Shown here: in pieces, positions 18,968 to 28,249 of the stretch
Layout: every line of letters starts with the position of its first letter
Position numbering within the stretch: the stretch's first letter is position 1
NCBI GenBank assembly: GCA_900546695.1
Contig: URDX01000009.1
Location: 1,271-65,270, forward strand
Source of the DNA: an uncultured Eubacteriales bacterium
Lineage (GTDB): Bacteria; Bacillota; Clostridia; Oscillospirales; CAG-272
Length of the DNA: 64,000 nucleotides
Direction of reading: 5' to 3'
The notes under the pieces: generated by a model
Told to the model about the DNA's origin: nothing
The model's database searches: none
The model's input: the letters and a program-made list of their open reading frames with translations, nothing else
Position numbers and translations under genes: made by a program

Positions 18968-19879
18968 TTACTTCAGGCGCCTGCCCTGATATCCGCGATA
19001 TTCGGTAGGCCCGTCAAAGAAGGTAACACCGCCGCGGCAGCGCTTGAGATATTCAAGCGATGTCAGCTGCGAGGTCCATTCCATATCGTCGTAGTGAACG
19101 GGATCATGATAGCCCTCGATATCGATACTGCCCTTGAAGCCGCACTGAATAAGTACGGTGCAGATATCAGCCCAGTTCGTATCGCCGAAGCCGGGTGTGC
19201 GGTTCCAAGCGTAGCCGTGAATGCCGCGCAGACCGTACTCGCGGATAACGTCGTATGCTACCGTCGCATCCTTACCGTGAACGTGTACTATCTTGCTGCC
19301 CCAGCGTCTGACCTGCTGAATGGGGTCCATCAGCTGCATGACGGCATGGCATGGCTCCCACTCGAGACCGAGCGCGTCGCTCGATATCTCGTTAAAGATA
19401 AGCTCCCATGCCTCGGGGCAGAATGCAATATTGTGGCTTCCGCGGTCCCAGCCGTCGCCGCAGCCCTCGAGACCAATCTTTACACCCTTGTTCTCCGCAA
19501 ACTCGATAAGGGGACTGAATACCTTGACGAAATCGGGGATAGTCTCGCGTACGCTGAGTGCGGGGTGTCCGCCCGCAAACGTACCTATGCGGTCGCAGTC
19601 GAAGTACTCTGCGTTTGCAATGAGGTTTTCAACTCCGCGGCGGGTGTCCTCGTCCTCGATGGTGTTTGCGTATATGCCGAGTGCGGAGATCTTACGTCCG
19701 TCGAGCACGTCAAGAACGCGCTTTCCGTATTCTTTAAGGTCTCCCTCGCTGCCGTTTGCGAGCGCGCAGCAGTCGTTGAAGTTCAGCTCATAGCTCTCAA
19801 AGCCTACGGCATTGAGCTGCGGTATCATCGTAAGTGCGCTCTGCGCGGGAATAAGTGTGCCTATCTTGATATCAAACAT
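18968..19879 (-). CDS. Sugar phosphate isomerase/epimerase (xylose isomerase-like TIM barrel)
   Basis: Start at the ATG at 19879 (MFDIKIGTLIP) with an AGAGGAA RBS. AP_endonuc_2-like layout: GLEGCGDGWD, LEWEPCH, HVHGKD. Confidence 0.7.
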   Translation of the reverse strand: MFDIKIGTLIPAQSALTMIPQLNAVGFESYELNFNDCCALANGSEGDLKEYGKRVLDVLDGRKISALGIYANTIEDEDTRRGVENLIANAEYFDCDRIGTFAGGHPALSVRETIPDFVKVFSPLIEFAENKGVKIGLEGCGDGWDRGSHNIAFCPEAWELIFNEISSDALGLEWEPCHAVMQLMDPIQQVRRWGSKIVHVHGKDATVAYDVIREYGLRGIHGYAWNRTPGFGDTNWADICTVLIQCGFKGSIDIEGYHDPVHYDDMEWTSQLTSLEYLKRCRGGVTFFDGPTEYRGYQGRRLK

Positions 19880-19958
19880 TTCGGTTCCTCTTATATGGAC
19901 TAAATTTATGAATATTCGCATGCCTCATGCGGCACTGCCGGCACGGCGAACGCTGCGA

Positions 19959-20420
19959 TTATCCGAACATGGATTTATAGCTGCGGCAATCCTCCGCCTG
20001 CTTTTTGCGCTTGTCGTGAATTATCGACACGACAGCGCCGCCTATCCAGTACAGAACGCTGAGCAGCGCGGTGAGAAGCAGCCCGCCGCGGGTATTCTTT
20101 CCGTCACTTGCTATCAGCACGAATATCAGAACGAAGCTGACAGCCGAGCCGAGATAGTGCAGCAGCAGTGCGAGACCGAACGGCAGACGGGGCAGTCTGA
20201 ACAGCAGACCGAGCAGCGAAACGATAAGCGAGAAAACAAAAACCGATACCAGCGTAACAAACGACGGCGCATAGCTCGTAAAGAAGGATGCCGCCGCGGT
20301 CAGCAAAAGCGTTATGACGGTATACATTATGCACGCCATGCATAGGACTCTGCCGAGCATCGCTGCCGTGCCGCTCTGACGGGGGCTCTGCCGCTGTGCC
20401 GAATTTTCGCTGTTTTTCAT
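19959..20420 (-). CDS. Small integral membrane protein of unknown function
   Basis: Start at 20420 (MKNSENS). Four hydrophobic segments and no recognisable family motif. Confidence 0.45.
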   Translation of the reverse strand: MKNSENSAQRQSPRQSGTAAMLGRVLCMACIMYTVITLLLTAAASFFTSYAPSFVTLVSVFVFSLIVSLLGLLFRLPRLPFGLALLLHYLGSAVSFVLIFVLIASDGKNTRGGLLLTALLSVLYWIGGAVVSIIHDKRKKQAEDCRSYKSMFG

Positions 20421-20729
20421 GCTTTTTCTCCGATCGAATCGTGTTAATGCCGACCCTCGTCGGCGATACGGTCGGATACGCTCCGACACACAAATACATA
20501 CTGATTAACTATATCACTAATGTATTAATTTTTTGTGTTGATTTTGATAATATATTCAAAAATATGCGCTCGCACCCGCCGCCTGCGGCATTTTCCTGCC
20601 GATTCCGGGTGAAAACGGTCGATCTGCGGTGCTGCTGCGCGTGTTCTGACTGCGGTGCATTTTGTTTGACAAACCGAACTTGCTGTGTTATAATAAAATT
20701 TGTATGAAAATATATACGGAGGCGCAGAC

Positions 20730-21740
20730 TTGTTCGATTCGGTTGTTGCAAACAGGAATACGGTGGATATGCTTACCCGTGCCGTCGGTGTTGGCAGGCT
20801 GCCGCACGCGCTGATAATCGAGGGCGCGTCGGGCAGCGGTCGGCATACCATTGCATTTTCGACCGCTGCCGCGCTTGCGGGCGGCGATGCGGATACCGAG
20901 CGGAGAATGCGTGAGGGGCTTTGCCCCGACGTGCGGCTCATCGGCTGCGCGGAAGGTCGCAAGACCATCGGTGTCGAGACCGTTCGCGAGCTGACTCGCG
21001 CCGCGTACATTACGTCGAACGAGTTCAACTTTCGTATGTTTATAATCGAGGATGCGGAGACTATGACGGTGTCCGCGCAGAATGCATTTCTTAAGCTTTT
21101 TGAGGAGCCGCCTCAGGGGGTATACTTTGTGCTGCTCTGTCTTTCTGCGTCGATGCTGCTGCCTACCGTACGTTCGCGCGCACAGCTGCTGCGTACCGAG
21201 CGCTGTCGTGACGAGGATGTAAGGGAATATCTGATAAAGTCGAGCCCGCGCGCCGCAGCGCTTGCGCGTGACGGCGGAGTCGAGCTTGACAGGATAATCA
21301 CCGCCGCCGACGGCTCGATAGGTGAGGCGCTGCGTCTGCTTGCCCGCTCGGGCGGCGCGGATCGCGTTCGCTTGGCATCGGAGGGCATAATAAACGCGAT
21401 AGCGTCCCGCTCGGGCGCTGCGGTTATGCTTTCGGTGTCGAAGCTTTCTTCCGACCGCTCCGACGCATCCGACATTCTCGAAATGACGCTTGACGGACTG
21501 CGCGAGCTGCTTTATCGCCGCTGCGCGGGCACGGAGACGGACGGCGCTGCCGAGCTGCCGCTGTATGATGCTGCATCGGACGCGAGTGCCGACGACGGCC
21601 TTGCCGATTCCATGAGCACGCGGGAGATATGCGACTGCATCACCGCGCTGTGCGATGCCCGTGACCGTATCCTGCACAATGCAAACGTTCGTCTTGCGCT
21701 TACCTCCGCTGCGCTGCGGCTGAGGTCTGTAATCGGCTGA
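20730..21740 (+). CDS. holB: DNA polymerase III subunit delta-prime
   Basis: LPHALIIEGASGSGRH, FIIEDAETM and NAFLKLFEEPP. The likely start is the TTG at 20730, 7 nt after GGAGG; the ORF track start at 20700 precedes the RBS. Lies next to yaaT, as in other Firmicutes. Confidence 0.7.
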   Translation: MFDSVVANRNTVDMLTRAVGVGRLPHALIIEGASGSGRHTIAFSTAAALAGGDADTERRMREGLCPDVRLIGCAEGRKTIGVETVRELTRAAYITSNEFNFRMFIIEDAETMTVSAQNAFLKLFEEPPQGVYFVLLCLSASMLLPTVRSRAQLLRTERCRDEDVREYLIKSSPRAAALARDGGVELDRIITAADGSIGEALRLLARSGGADRVRLASEGIINAIASRSGAAVMLSVSKLSSDRSDASDILEMTLDGLRELLYRRCAGTETDGAAELPLYDAASDASADDGLADSMSTREICDCITALCDARDRILHNANVRLALTSAALRLRSVIG

Positions 21741-21823
21741 CGGGGACGAATATTTCGCGCCGCCGACCGACATGCGGCAGTGCCGCACAAAAGCTAATAT
21801 GCCTGTAACCGAAAGGAAATAAT

Positions 21824-23614
21824 ATGGATAATACCGAATTTAACGGAGAACTTTCCGCGCGCGACGCGGAGGAATTTGACGCGCTGCCCGATGAGGATAT
21901 CGAGCTCGAGGTCGACGCTGAGATGACTGTCGAGACTGACGATGCGGATGTGTGTGACGAGCCGACAGATGCAGATGACGCTATGGATGATTCAGAGGCA
22001 ATCGGTGCGGACGACGATATGCCGGCAGCGCCCGTCGGCGCTGAGGATGCCGCATTCTATGCTGCAGATGAAAGTGATGCGGAAGATGATATCGAGCCTG
22101 ACATCGACGTAGACGGTTATGCCGATTCCGACGGCTGTGTCATTGATGCCGAAACGGATAATAACAGCAGCGAGAGTCCCGCCGACGAAAACGGGAACGA
22201 CGCTGCGGGTGCGGCTGAGGATAAAGCAGCCGAGGGCGACGCAGGGCGCGTTTACGATGTCGTTTCTGTCAGCTTCAAAAAGTCGGGAAAGGGCTACTAT
22301 TTTGATGCTGCGGGCGAGAGCTATTCGCGCGGTGACAATGTTATAGTTGAGACATCGCGCGGGACGGAGTACGGCTCCGTAATCTGCGGAAACCGCGCCG
22401 TGACCGAGCGCGAGATTGTACAGCCGCTGCGCCCCGTTCTCCGTCGCGCGACAGATGCGGACGAGCAGATACATCGCGACAATCTCAGAAAAGAGATAGA
22501 CGCGTACAATGCCTGCGTTGAAAAGATAGCTAAGCACGGGCTCGATATGAAGCTCGTCGATGTTGAGTATACGTTTGACAACAGCAAGCTCATCTTCTAT
22601 TTCACCGCTGAGGGCAGGGTCGATTTCCGCGAGCTCGTCAAGGACCTTGCGGCTATGTTCAGAACGCGCATCGAGCTGCGTCAGATAGGCATACGCGACG
22701 AGGCTAAGCTTATGGGCGGTCTCGGTATCTGCGGTCGCCCGTTCTGTTGTCATTCCTTCCTTTCCGACTTCGTTCAGGTGTCGATAAAGATGGCAAAGGA
22801 GCAGAATCTCTCGCTCAATTCGAGCAAGACGAGCGGCGCGTGCGGCAGACTCATGTGCTGTCTGCGTTACGAGTACGACGTTTATTGCGAGGAGATAAAG
22901 AAAACGCCTAAGCTCGACGCGGTCGTTGAGACCCCCGACGGTGAGGGTATTGTCAAGGAGACCATGCCGCTGACGGGCAAGGTCAGAGTTGAGGTAAGAA
23001 AGAAGCACGATACGTCGGTCAAGGTGTACAGTCGCGATGATGTTACAGTCGTTCAGGGTAAGAGTGCGAAGGAGTATATCGCGGAGAAGAATGCCGAGCT
23101 TGAACGGCTCGAGGCATCCCGCCCCGAGCGTCACGAGCGACCCGAGCGCAAGCCGATGTCGAAGCCGGATAAGGCTGCAACCATAGAGGAGGCAGAGACC
23201 CGCCGCGCAGAGCGCGCAGCGCAGGCGCGCGCCTGCATCGGACTTGAGACTGCCGCTGTGGCTGAGACCGACGGCGGACAGGGTGAACCGCGTGACGGCG
23301 AACGCCGCCGCGACGGCAGACCGCCGCGTGACCGCAGAGGCGGTCGCGGCAGGGACGGTCGCAATAACCGCGAGCCGCGCGAAAGTCGCGAAAATCGTGA
23401 ACAGCGTGAAAGCCGTGACAATCGCGAACCCCGCGAAAACAGAGAGCCCCGTGAAAATCGTGACAGCCGTGAAACACGTGAGGGGAGAGAATCCCGTGAT
23501 AATCACGACAACCGTGAACAGCGCGAAGGCAGAGACCGCCGTAGGGGCGGGCGCGGCAGACGCGGACGCCGCGGGTCGGGCGGCTCGAATAATTCGGGCG
23601 GTCAGGGCAATTAA
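21824..23614 (+). CDS. ricT: PSP1/YaaT (RicT) family protein with a long acidic N-terminal extension and a basic RE/RGG-rich C-terminal extension
   Basis: The core (about aa 145-430) matches YaaT: GNRAVTEREIVQPLRPVLRRAT, LIFYFTAEGRVDFRELVKDLA, IELRQIGIRDEAK, CGRPFCC, CGRLMCCLRYE. An AAAGGAA RBS is present. Confidence 0.8.
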   Translation: MDNTEFNGELSARDAEEFDALPDEDIELEVDAEMTVETDDADVCDEPTDADDAMDDSEAIGADDDMPAAPVGAEDAAFYAADESDAEDDIEPDIDVDGYADSDGCVIDAETDNNSSESPADENGNDAAGAAEDKAAEGDAGRVYDVVSVSFKKSGKGYYFDAAGESYSRGDNVIVETSRGTEYGSVICGNRAVTEREIVQPLRPVLRRATDADEQIHRDNLRKEIDAYNACVEKIAKHGLDMKLVDVEYTFDNSKLIFYFTAEGRVDFRELVKDLAAMFRTRIELRQIGIRDEAKLMGGLGICGRPFCCHSFLSDFVQVSIKMAKEQNLSLNSSKTSGACGRLMCCLRYEYDVYCEEIKKTPKLDAVVETPDGEGIVKETMPLTGKVRVEVRKKHDTSVKVYSRDDVTVVQGKSAKEYIAEKNAELERLEASRPERHERPERKPMSKPDKAATIEEAETRRAERAAQARACIGLETAAVAETDGGQGEPRDGERRRDGRPPRDRRGGRGRDGRNNREPRESRENREQRESRDNREPRENREPRENRDSRETREGRESRDNHDNREQREGRDRRRGGRGRRGRRGSGGSNNSGGQGN

Positions 23615-23674
23615 AGCACGGGTAAAAAACAAATAAAGATTCGACAAAATTAGCAGCGCTGCCGTTAAATGCTG

Positions 23675-23703
23675 TTGACATAACTGAACCTGTGTGATAT
23701 AAT
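23675..23703 (+). promoter_or_regulatory. Sigma-A type promoter for the ferredoxin gene
   Basis: TTGACA (23675-23680), a 17-nt spacer, then TGaTATAAT (23695-23703). Confidence 0.6.
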
Positions 23704-23767
23704 AGCACCGTCCCGAGGGCGATGCGCCCGAAGGAAGACGATATAGAATACATGGAGGTATTTTACG

Positions 23768-23938
23768 ATGGCATACAAAATTTCCGATGAGTGCATTTCC
23801 TGCGGCGCATGCGCAGGCGAGTGCCCTGTAAGTGCTATTTCCGAGGGTGACGGAAAGTACGAAATCAACGCTGATGAGTGCCTGAGCTGCGGTGCATGTG
23901 CAGAGGTTTGCCCCGTAGGCGCACCTGCTGCTGAGTGA
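23768..23938 (+). CDS. Clostridial-type 2x[4Fe-4S] ferredoxin (56 aa, below the ORF-track cutoff)
   Basis: Manual translation gives MAYKISDECISCGACAGECPVSAISEGDGKYEINADECLSCGACAEVCPVGAPAAE, with two CxxCxxCxxxCP motifs. GGAGG lies 9 nt upstream. Confidence 0.85.
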   Translation: MAYKISDECISCGACAGECPVSAISEGDGKYEINADECLSCGACAEVCPVGAPAAE

Positions 23939-24159
23939 TTTTAAACCATCAGGTTGGGACGCTGAAAAAGTCCGGACCGAAAAAGTGAATAAGCAGCTAC
24001 TCCGATTTTGCATTGCAGAAGAGCTAAGCGAAATCAGAAGAAATCCTACCGGTTTTTTCGGGAATAATGAAATTTACTTTTTCTGCGAGCGCTTTTGCCC
24101 CTTGACGTACGCCTGACGGGGCAAAATCACTCACTCCGAACATTTTTATCTGTCCCCAA

Positions 24160-24200
24160 GGGGCTGTTAAAAAGTTGTTTTTTAACAACCCCTTTTCTTT
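24160..24200 (+). terminator. Intrinsic terminator
   Basis: Stem GGGGCTGTTAAAAA with TTTTTAACAaCCCC (one mismatch), followed by TTTTCTTTT. Confidence 0.65.
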
Positions 24201-24338
24201 TACGTGAGGATTAAAAAGCTTGAGCAGGAAACGGTTCGAATATAATTAGGAAATCGGTCGCTGCTGCGCAGAAAGCAGACTGACATTATGCAGCTCAATC
24301 CGAACGCGCAGACGTGCAAATTAAAAGGAGGCGGAGAG

Positions 24339-25079
24339 ATGGACGATATATGTTTGCCGGGGGAATCGGTCATTGACATAAATCTCGGTATGCGTATGAT
24401 ACGCACCGACGGCGGTTTTACCTACGGCACAGACGCACTGCTGCTCGCCGCCTTTGCGCGCGGGGGAGGCGCGGGGCGCTGCGCTGATCTCGGCAGCGGT
24501 GCGGGCTCGATATCGCTGCTGCTTGCTGCGGCGGGAAAGTATGAGCATGTTACCGCAGTTGAGGCGCAACCCGACTATGCGGCGCTTGCCCGTCGCAATG
24601 TTCTGCTGAACGGTATTTCCGACCGCGTTGATGTTCTTGAGAGCGACATACGCGAGCTGCCGCGCGGAATGCGATTTGACGCAGTGGTGTCAAATCCGCC
24701 GTATATGAAGGTAAGCTCGGGAAAGGCTGCTGCCGACGGAGGGCGTAACCGTTCACGGCACGAGACGCGCGGCGGGATATCCGAATTTTGTGCTGTGGCG
24801 GCGCAACTGCTCGAATGGGGCAGCCCGTTCTACGTTGTTTATCGCCCCGACAGGCTATGTGACCTTATCTGCGCTATGCGCGATGTCGGCATAGAGCCGA
24901 AGCGCATGTGCTACGTGCAGTACGACGCTTTGCACGAGCCGTCGCTTGTGCTTGCAGAGGGGGTGCGCGGTGGCTCTGCTGCGCTGCGTCTGCTGCCTGC
25001 GCTTCTTTTGCGCGATGCATCGGGCTGTGAGAGCGAGAGATACCGCGAGATAATCGGGAGCATGAGCTTTGGCGGCTGA
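24339..25079 (+). CDS. SAM-dependent methyltransferase, TrmN6/YfiC (YabB)-like tRNA adenine-N6 methyltransferase
   Basis: Start at the ATG at 24339 after AGGAGG. DLGSGAGSISLLLA is the SAM motif and VVSNPPYM the N6-adenine motif. Its position between yaaT and rsmI matches the Bacillus yabB locus. Confidence 0.65.
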   Translation: MDDICLPGESVIDINLGMRMIRTDGGFTYGTDALLLAAFARGGGAGRCADLGSGAGSISLLLAAAGKYEHVTAVEAQPDYAALARRNVLLNGISDRVDVLESDIRELPRGMRFDAVVSNPPYMKVSSGKAAADGGRNRSRHETRGGISEFCAVAAQLLEWGSPFYVVYRPDRLCDLICAMRDVGIEPKRMCYVQYDALHEPSLVLAEGVRGGSAALRLLPALLLRDASGCESERYREIIGSMSFGG

Positions 25080-25227
25080 TACGGCTTTTGTCTGGTGCCG
25101 ATTTTGAAACATGCGGGCGCGGAAATGCATGATGCACCCGGCGAGCGATACGGATATTGAACGAAAACACACGCGATATGATTACAGAAAGGCAGCTTTC
25201 GCCGTGCGGAAGCGATGGTTATATACA

Positions 25228-26112
25228 ATGAGCGGATTTTCCGATAACGGTGCGGAAATAAGAGAGAAGAACAGAACAGAGGCGGGCACGCTCTACCTTC
25301 TCGCGTCGCCGATAGGCAATCTTGCGGATATTTCGGAGCGCACGGTAAAGGTGCTGTCCGAATGCAGCTTTGTTGCGGCGGAGGATACCCGCGTCAGCGG
25401 AAAGCTGCTCTCGTCGCTCGGCATTTCAAAGCCGATGATGCCGTATCATGAGCACAACAAGCAGCAGGCGGGCGCGGAGATTGTGCGCAGACTGCGCGGC
25501 GGCGAGACGTGCGCACTTATGACCGATGCAGGCACGCCCGGTATTTCCGACCCCGGCAGCGATATCGTCCGCGCATGTATCGACGGCGGCATTCCCGTAA
25601 CGTCGGCGCCCGGCTGCTGTGCGGCAATAAATGCGCTTATACTTTCGGGCTTTGATACGCGCAGATTCTGCTTTGAGGGCTTTTTGCCCGAGAAAAAGAA
25701 GGAGCTTGATGAGCGTCTTTCCTTTCTGCGCGGCGAGCGGAGAACGATGATATTCTATTCCTCGCCGCACGATCTGCGCCGCGTGCTTGCGTCGCTTTCC
25801 GAATATTTCGGGGCGGAGCGCCGCGTCGCTCTGTGCAGAGAGATGACAAAGCTGAACGAGGAAATCGAGCGCACAACGCTCGGTGCTGCGACAGAGAGCT
25901 ACACAGAGCGGGCACCGCGCGGGGAGTATGTGCTTGTTCTCGAGGGTGCGCGGGGAGATTCGGATGCTTTCTGGCATGAGCTTAGCGTGCCGCAGCACGT
26001 CGCGTACTATGAGGAAAAAGGCATGAAGCACATGGATGCGGTAAAGGCGGTCGCAGCCGACCGCGGTGTTGCAAAGAACATTATATACAAAGCGGTGCTT
26101 GACGAAAAATAA
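25228..26112 (+). CDS. rsmI: 16S rRNA (cytidine1402-2'-O)-methyltransferase
   Basis: GTLYLLASPIGNLADIS, VAAEDTR, DAGTPGISDPG and REMTKLNEE. Start set at the ATG at 25228. Confidence 0.85.
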   Translation: MSGFSDNGAEIREKNRTEAGTLYLLASPIGNLADISERTVKVLSECSFVAAEDTRVSGKLLSSLGISKPMMPYHEHNKQQAGAEIVRRLRGGETCALMTDAGTPGISDPGSDIVRACIDGGIPVTSAPGCCAAINALILSGFDTRRFCFEGFLPEKKKELDERLSFLRGERRTMIFYSSPHDLRRVLASLSEYFGAERRVALCREMTKLNEEIERTTLGAATESYTERAPRGEYVLVLEGARGDSDAFWHELSVPQHVAYYEEKGMKHMDAVKAVAADRGVAKNIIYKAVLDEK

Positions 26113-26212
26113 TGAATTCTGCCCCTGCTATGCTGAATCCGTGCAGCCGGACTGCCTTTGAACAAAATGAGATTGCCTGACAAAACAAAGCGAAATATCA
26201 CAGCATAAGAAA

Positions 26213-26246
26213 AAGCCTTGCCCGAGCAGCTGCTCGGGCAAGGCTT
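26213..26246. terminator. Bidirectional terminator hairpin between convergent rsmI and the ABC operon
   Basis: Perfect 34-nt palindrome, AAGCCTTGCCCGAGCAG/CTGCTCGGGCAAGGCTT, flanked by A- and T-rich sequence. Confidence 0.75.
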
Positions 26247-26280
26247 TATATTCGCTGCATATTTTGCTTAGACGAGTTTG

Positions 26281-27069
26281 TCAGGACAGCATCGCCTTGT
26301 CGGAGAGCTCTCCGCCTGCGGTAGAGAAGAGCTTAACGAGCTCTTCGGGCGTGAGCTTTTTCTTCTCTTCGCCCTTGATATCTACGACAACTCTGCCTTC
26401 GTGCATCATGATAAGGCGGTTGCCGTGCGTGATGGCATCGTGCATGTTATGCGTTATCATGAGAGCGGTGAGCGAGTTTTCCTGTATTATCTTCTCGGAG
26501 AGGTCGAGCACCTTAGCTGCGGTTTTGGGGTCAAGTGCGGCGGTGTGCTCATCGAGCAGAAGCACCTTCGGCTTCTTGAGCGATGCCATGAGCAGGGTCA
26601 GCGCCTGACGCTGACCGCCCGACAGCAGTCCGACGCGGCTCGACATTCTGTCCTCAAGACCGAGGTCAAGGTCACGCAGCAGCTCGCGGTAGTGCTCGCG
26701 CTCGGCTCTCGTGATGCCCCATCCGAGTCCGCGGAATTTGCCCCTGCGCGCGGCGAGTGCAAGGTTCTCGTCTATCTGCATGGTCGGAGCGGTGCCCAGC
26801 ATGGGGTCCTGAAATACACGTCCGATATAGATCGCGCGTTTATATTCGGGGAGGCGGGTGACATCCTTTCCGTCGATGAGTATCTTTCCCGAATCGACAC
26901 GATAGGTTCCCGCAATCGTATTGAGCATGGTGGATTTTCCTGCGCCGTTTCCGCCGATGACGGTTACGAACTCGCCCTCGTTTATTGTCAGGTTAAGTCC
27001 GCAGAGTGCATGCTTTGCGTTGACGGTGCCGGGATTGAAGGTGAGGTGTATATCATGAAGCTCAACCAT
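26281..27069 (-). CDS. ABC transporter ATP-binding protein (putative Trp/Tyr uptake family)
   Basis: Walker A GGNGAGKST, signature LSGGQRQAL, Walker B LLLDEHT. Overlaps the permease gene by 8 nt. Confidence 0.8.
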   Translation of the reverse strand: MVELHDIHLTFNPGTVNAKHALCGLNLTINEGEFVTVIGGNGAGKSTMLNTIAGTYRVDSGKILIDGKDVTRLPEYKRAIYIGRVFQDPMLGTAPTMQIDENLALAARRGKFRGLGWGITRAEREHYRELLRDLDLGLEDRMSSRVGLLSGGQRQALTLLMASLKKPKVLLLDEHTAALDPKTAAKVLDLSEKIIQENSLTALMITHNMHDAITHGNRLIMMHEGRVVVDIKGEEKKKLTPEELVKLFSTAGGELSDKAMLS

Positions 27070-28042
27070 TTATTTTGCCTCCCTCTGCTGCGACGGCAGC
27101 GGTCTTGCCTACCTTTCTCTTGCTTGCCTTTGCCTTAAAATACGGAAGAGCGAGGAAGAGCGCGACTATAATAGCGGTGAAGAGCTTAAGGTCATCGGTG
27201 TTAAGACCGAGCTTAAGCACGACGGTCATTGCAAGGTAGTAGATGATAGCGCCGATAACGACCGACAGCAGCTTGAGTGCAAAGTTCTTGAATACCTTAG
27301 AGAGCAGCACTTCGCCGACGATGACCGCAGCGAGTCCGATTACTATCGCACCTCTGCCCATATTGATATCGGCAAAGTTCTGATACTGCGAGAGCATTCC
27401 GCCGCAGAGCGCGACGAGACCGTTCGAGAGCATGAGACCGAGAACGATATTCGTGCTTGTGTTGATGCCCTGTGCGCGTGCCATGTTCTGATTTGCGCCC
27501 GTTGCACGGATGGAGCAGCCGCGTTCCGTTCCGAAGAACCAGTACAGCAGAGCGATTATTCCGATAATAAACGCAAGCAGAATGAGCGCGGATTTTAAGA
27601 TGGTCGAGGTCGACTCGCCGAGGGTGAAGTTAGAGGACGAGAGGACGCTTGACATATTGAAGGGGAGAGGGATATTTGATCTTGTCGAGACAAAGCCTCC
27701 CATGATACGGAGATTTATCGAGTAGAGGGCGAACTGTGTAAGAATTCCCGCAAGGATAGCGGGTATTCCGCATGCGGTGTGCAGCAGACCCGTGACGAGA
27801 CCCGCGAGCAGACCGCTGAGAAACGAGCAGAGCAGGGCGAGCCATGGGTTGACACCCGAGGAAATCAGGATAACGCAGACCGCGCCGCCCGTAGCGAGCG
27901 AGCCGTCGACCGTAAGGTCGGCGATATCGAGAATACGGAAGGTTATGTAAACTCCGATAGCCATTACGCCCCATATCAGACCCTGCGCTGCAACGCTCGG
28001 CAGCGAGCCGGCGAGGGATGAAAAGAAGTTTAAAATTGCCAT
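27062..28042 (-). CDS. ABC transporter permease (BPD_transp_2 type)
   Basis: 326-aa polytopic membrane ORF located between the SBP and ATPase genes. Confidence 0.8.
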   Translation of the reverse strand: MAILNFFSSLAGSLPSVAAQGLIWGVMAIGVYITFRILDIADLTVDGSLATGGAVCVILISSGVNPWLALLCSFLSGLLAGLVTGLLHTACGIPAILAGILTQFALYSINLRIMGGFVSTRSNIPLPFNMSSVLSSSNFTLGESTSTILKSALILLAFIIGIIALLYWFFGTERGCSIRATGANQNMARAQGINTSTNIVLGLMLSNGLVALCGGMLSQYQNFADINMGRGAIVIGLAAVIVGEVLLSKVFKNFALKLLSVVIGAIIYYLAMTVVLKLGLNTDDLKLFTAIIVALFLALPYFKAKASKRKVGKTAAVAAEGGKING

Positions 28043-28223
28043 AGCTTATTTTCCTTTTACGGTTAATACGGTGATTCGTTTATTCTTGTCGCTGAAGGGA
28101 ACGGGCAATACACAATCATCATATGCGGCGATATCCGCACCGAGTAGAATGAATAAATATCAATCCGCGGTGAAAAATGCTCCGCTCTGAGCGACGTTCT
28201 TTGTCTATCCTTAAAACCGAGCT

Positions 28224-28249
28224 ATGGGAAAGGTGTAAACCTTTCCCAT
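28224..28249 (-). other. Intra-operon stem-loop between the SBP and permease genes
   Basis: Perfect 11-bp stem, ATGGGAAAGGT-gtaa-ACCTTTCCCAT, inside a 327-nt spacer. The downstream U-tract on the minus strand is weak. Confidence 0.4.

Noticed and set aside
23330-23570. Periodic cgtga/cgcga repeats that look superficially like a short-repeat array.
   Set aside because: They lie in frame within the YaaT C-terminal tail and encode RE(x) triplets. There is no repeat-spacer organisation and there are no cas genes.
23945-24010. Weak resemblance to SRP RNA domain IV (CAGGU..GUCCGGA..AGCAGC) downstream of the ferredoxin gene.
   Set aside because: The GGAA tetraloop and the conserved symmetric and asymmetric loop sequences are absent, and the flanks do not form the required long helix.
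21992-24013. Very long antisense ORFs: 673 aa at 21992-24013, and similar ones at 7950-9746, 31667-33598, 41090-42967, 47775-48848, 59416-61281 and 61319-62602.
   Set aside because: Each lies opposite a gene whose product carries clear family motifs (YaaT, activase, GH95, LeuA, IlvC, acyl-CoA ligase, Gfo/Idh/MocA). The antisense translations are Arg/Ala/Gly-rich and low in complexity, have no RBS, and fit the usual stop-codon depletion of GC-rich coding DNA.
24225-24250. GGTTCGAAT, which resembles a tRNA T-loop.
   Set aside because: The flanking bases (AACGG / ATAAT) cannot form a T-stem, and no acceptor or anticodon arms can be drawn.
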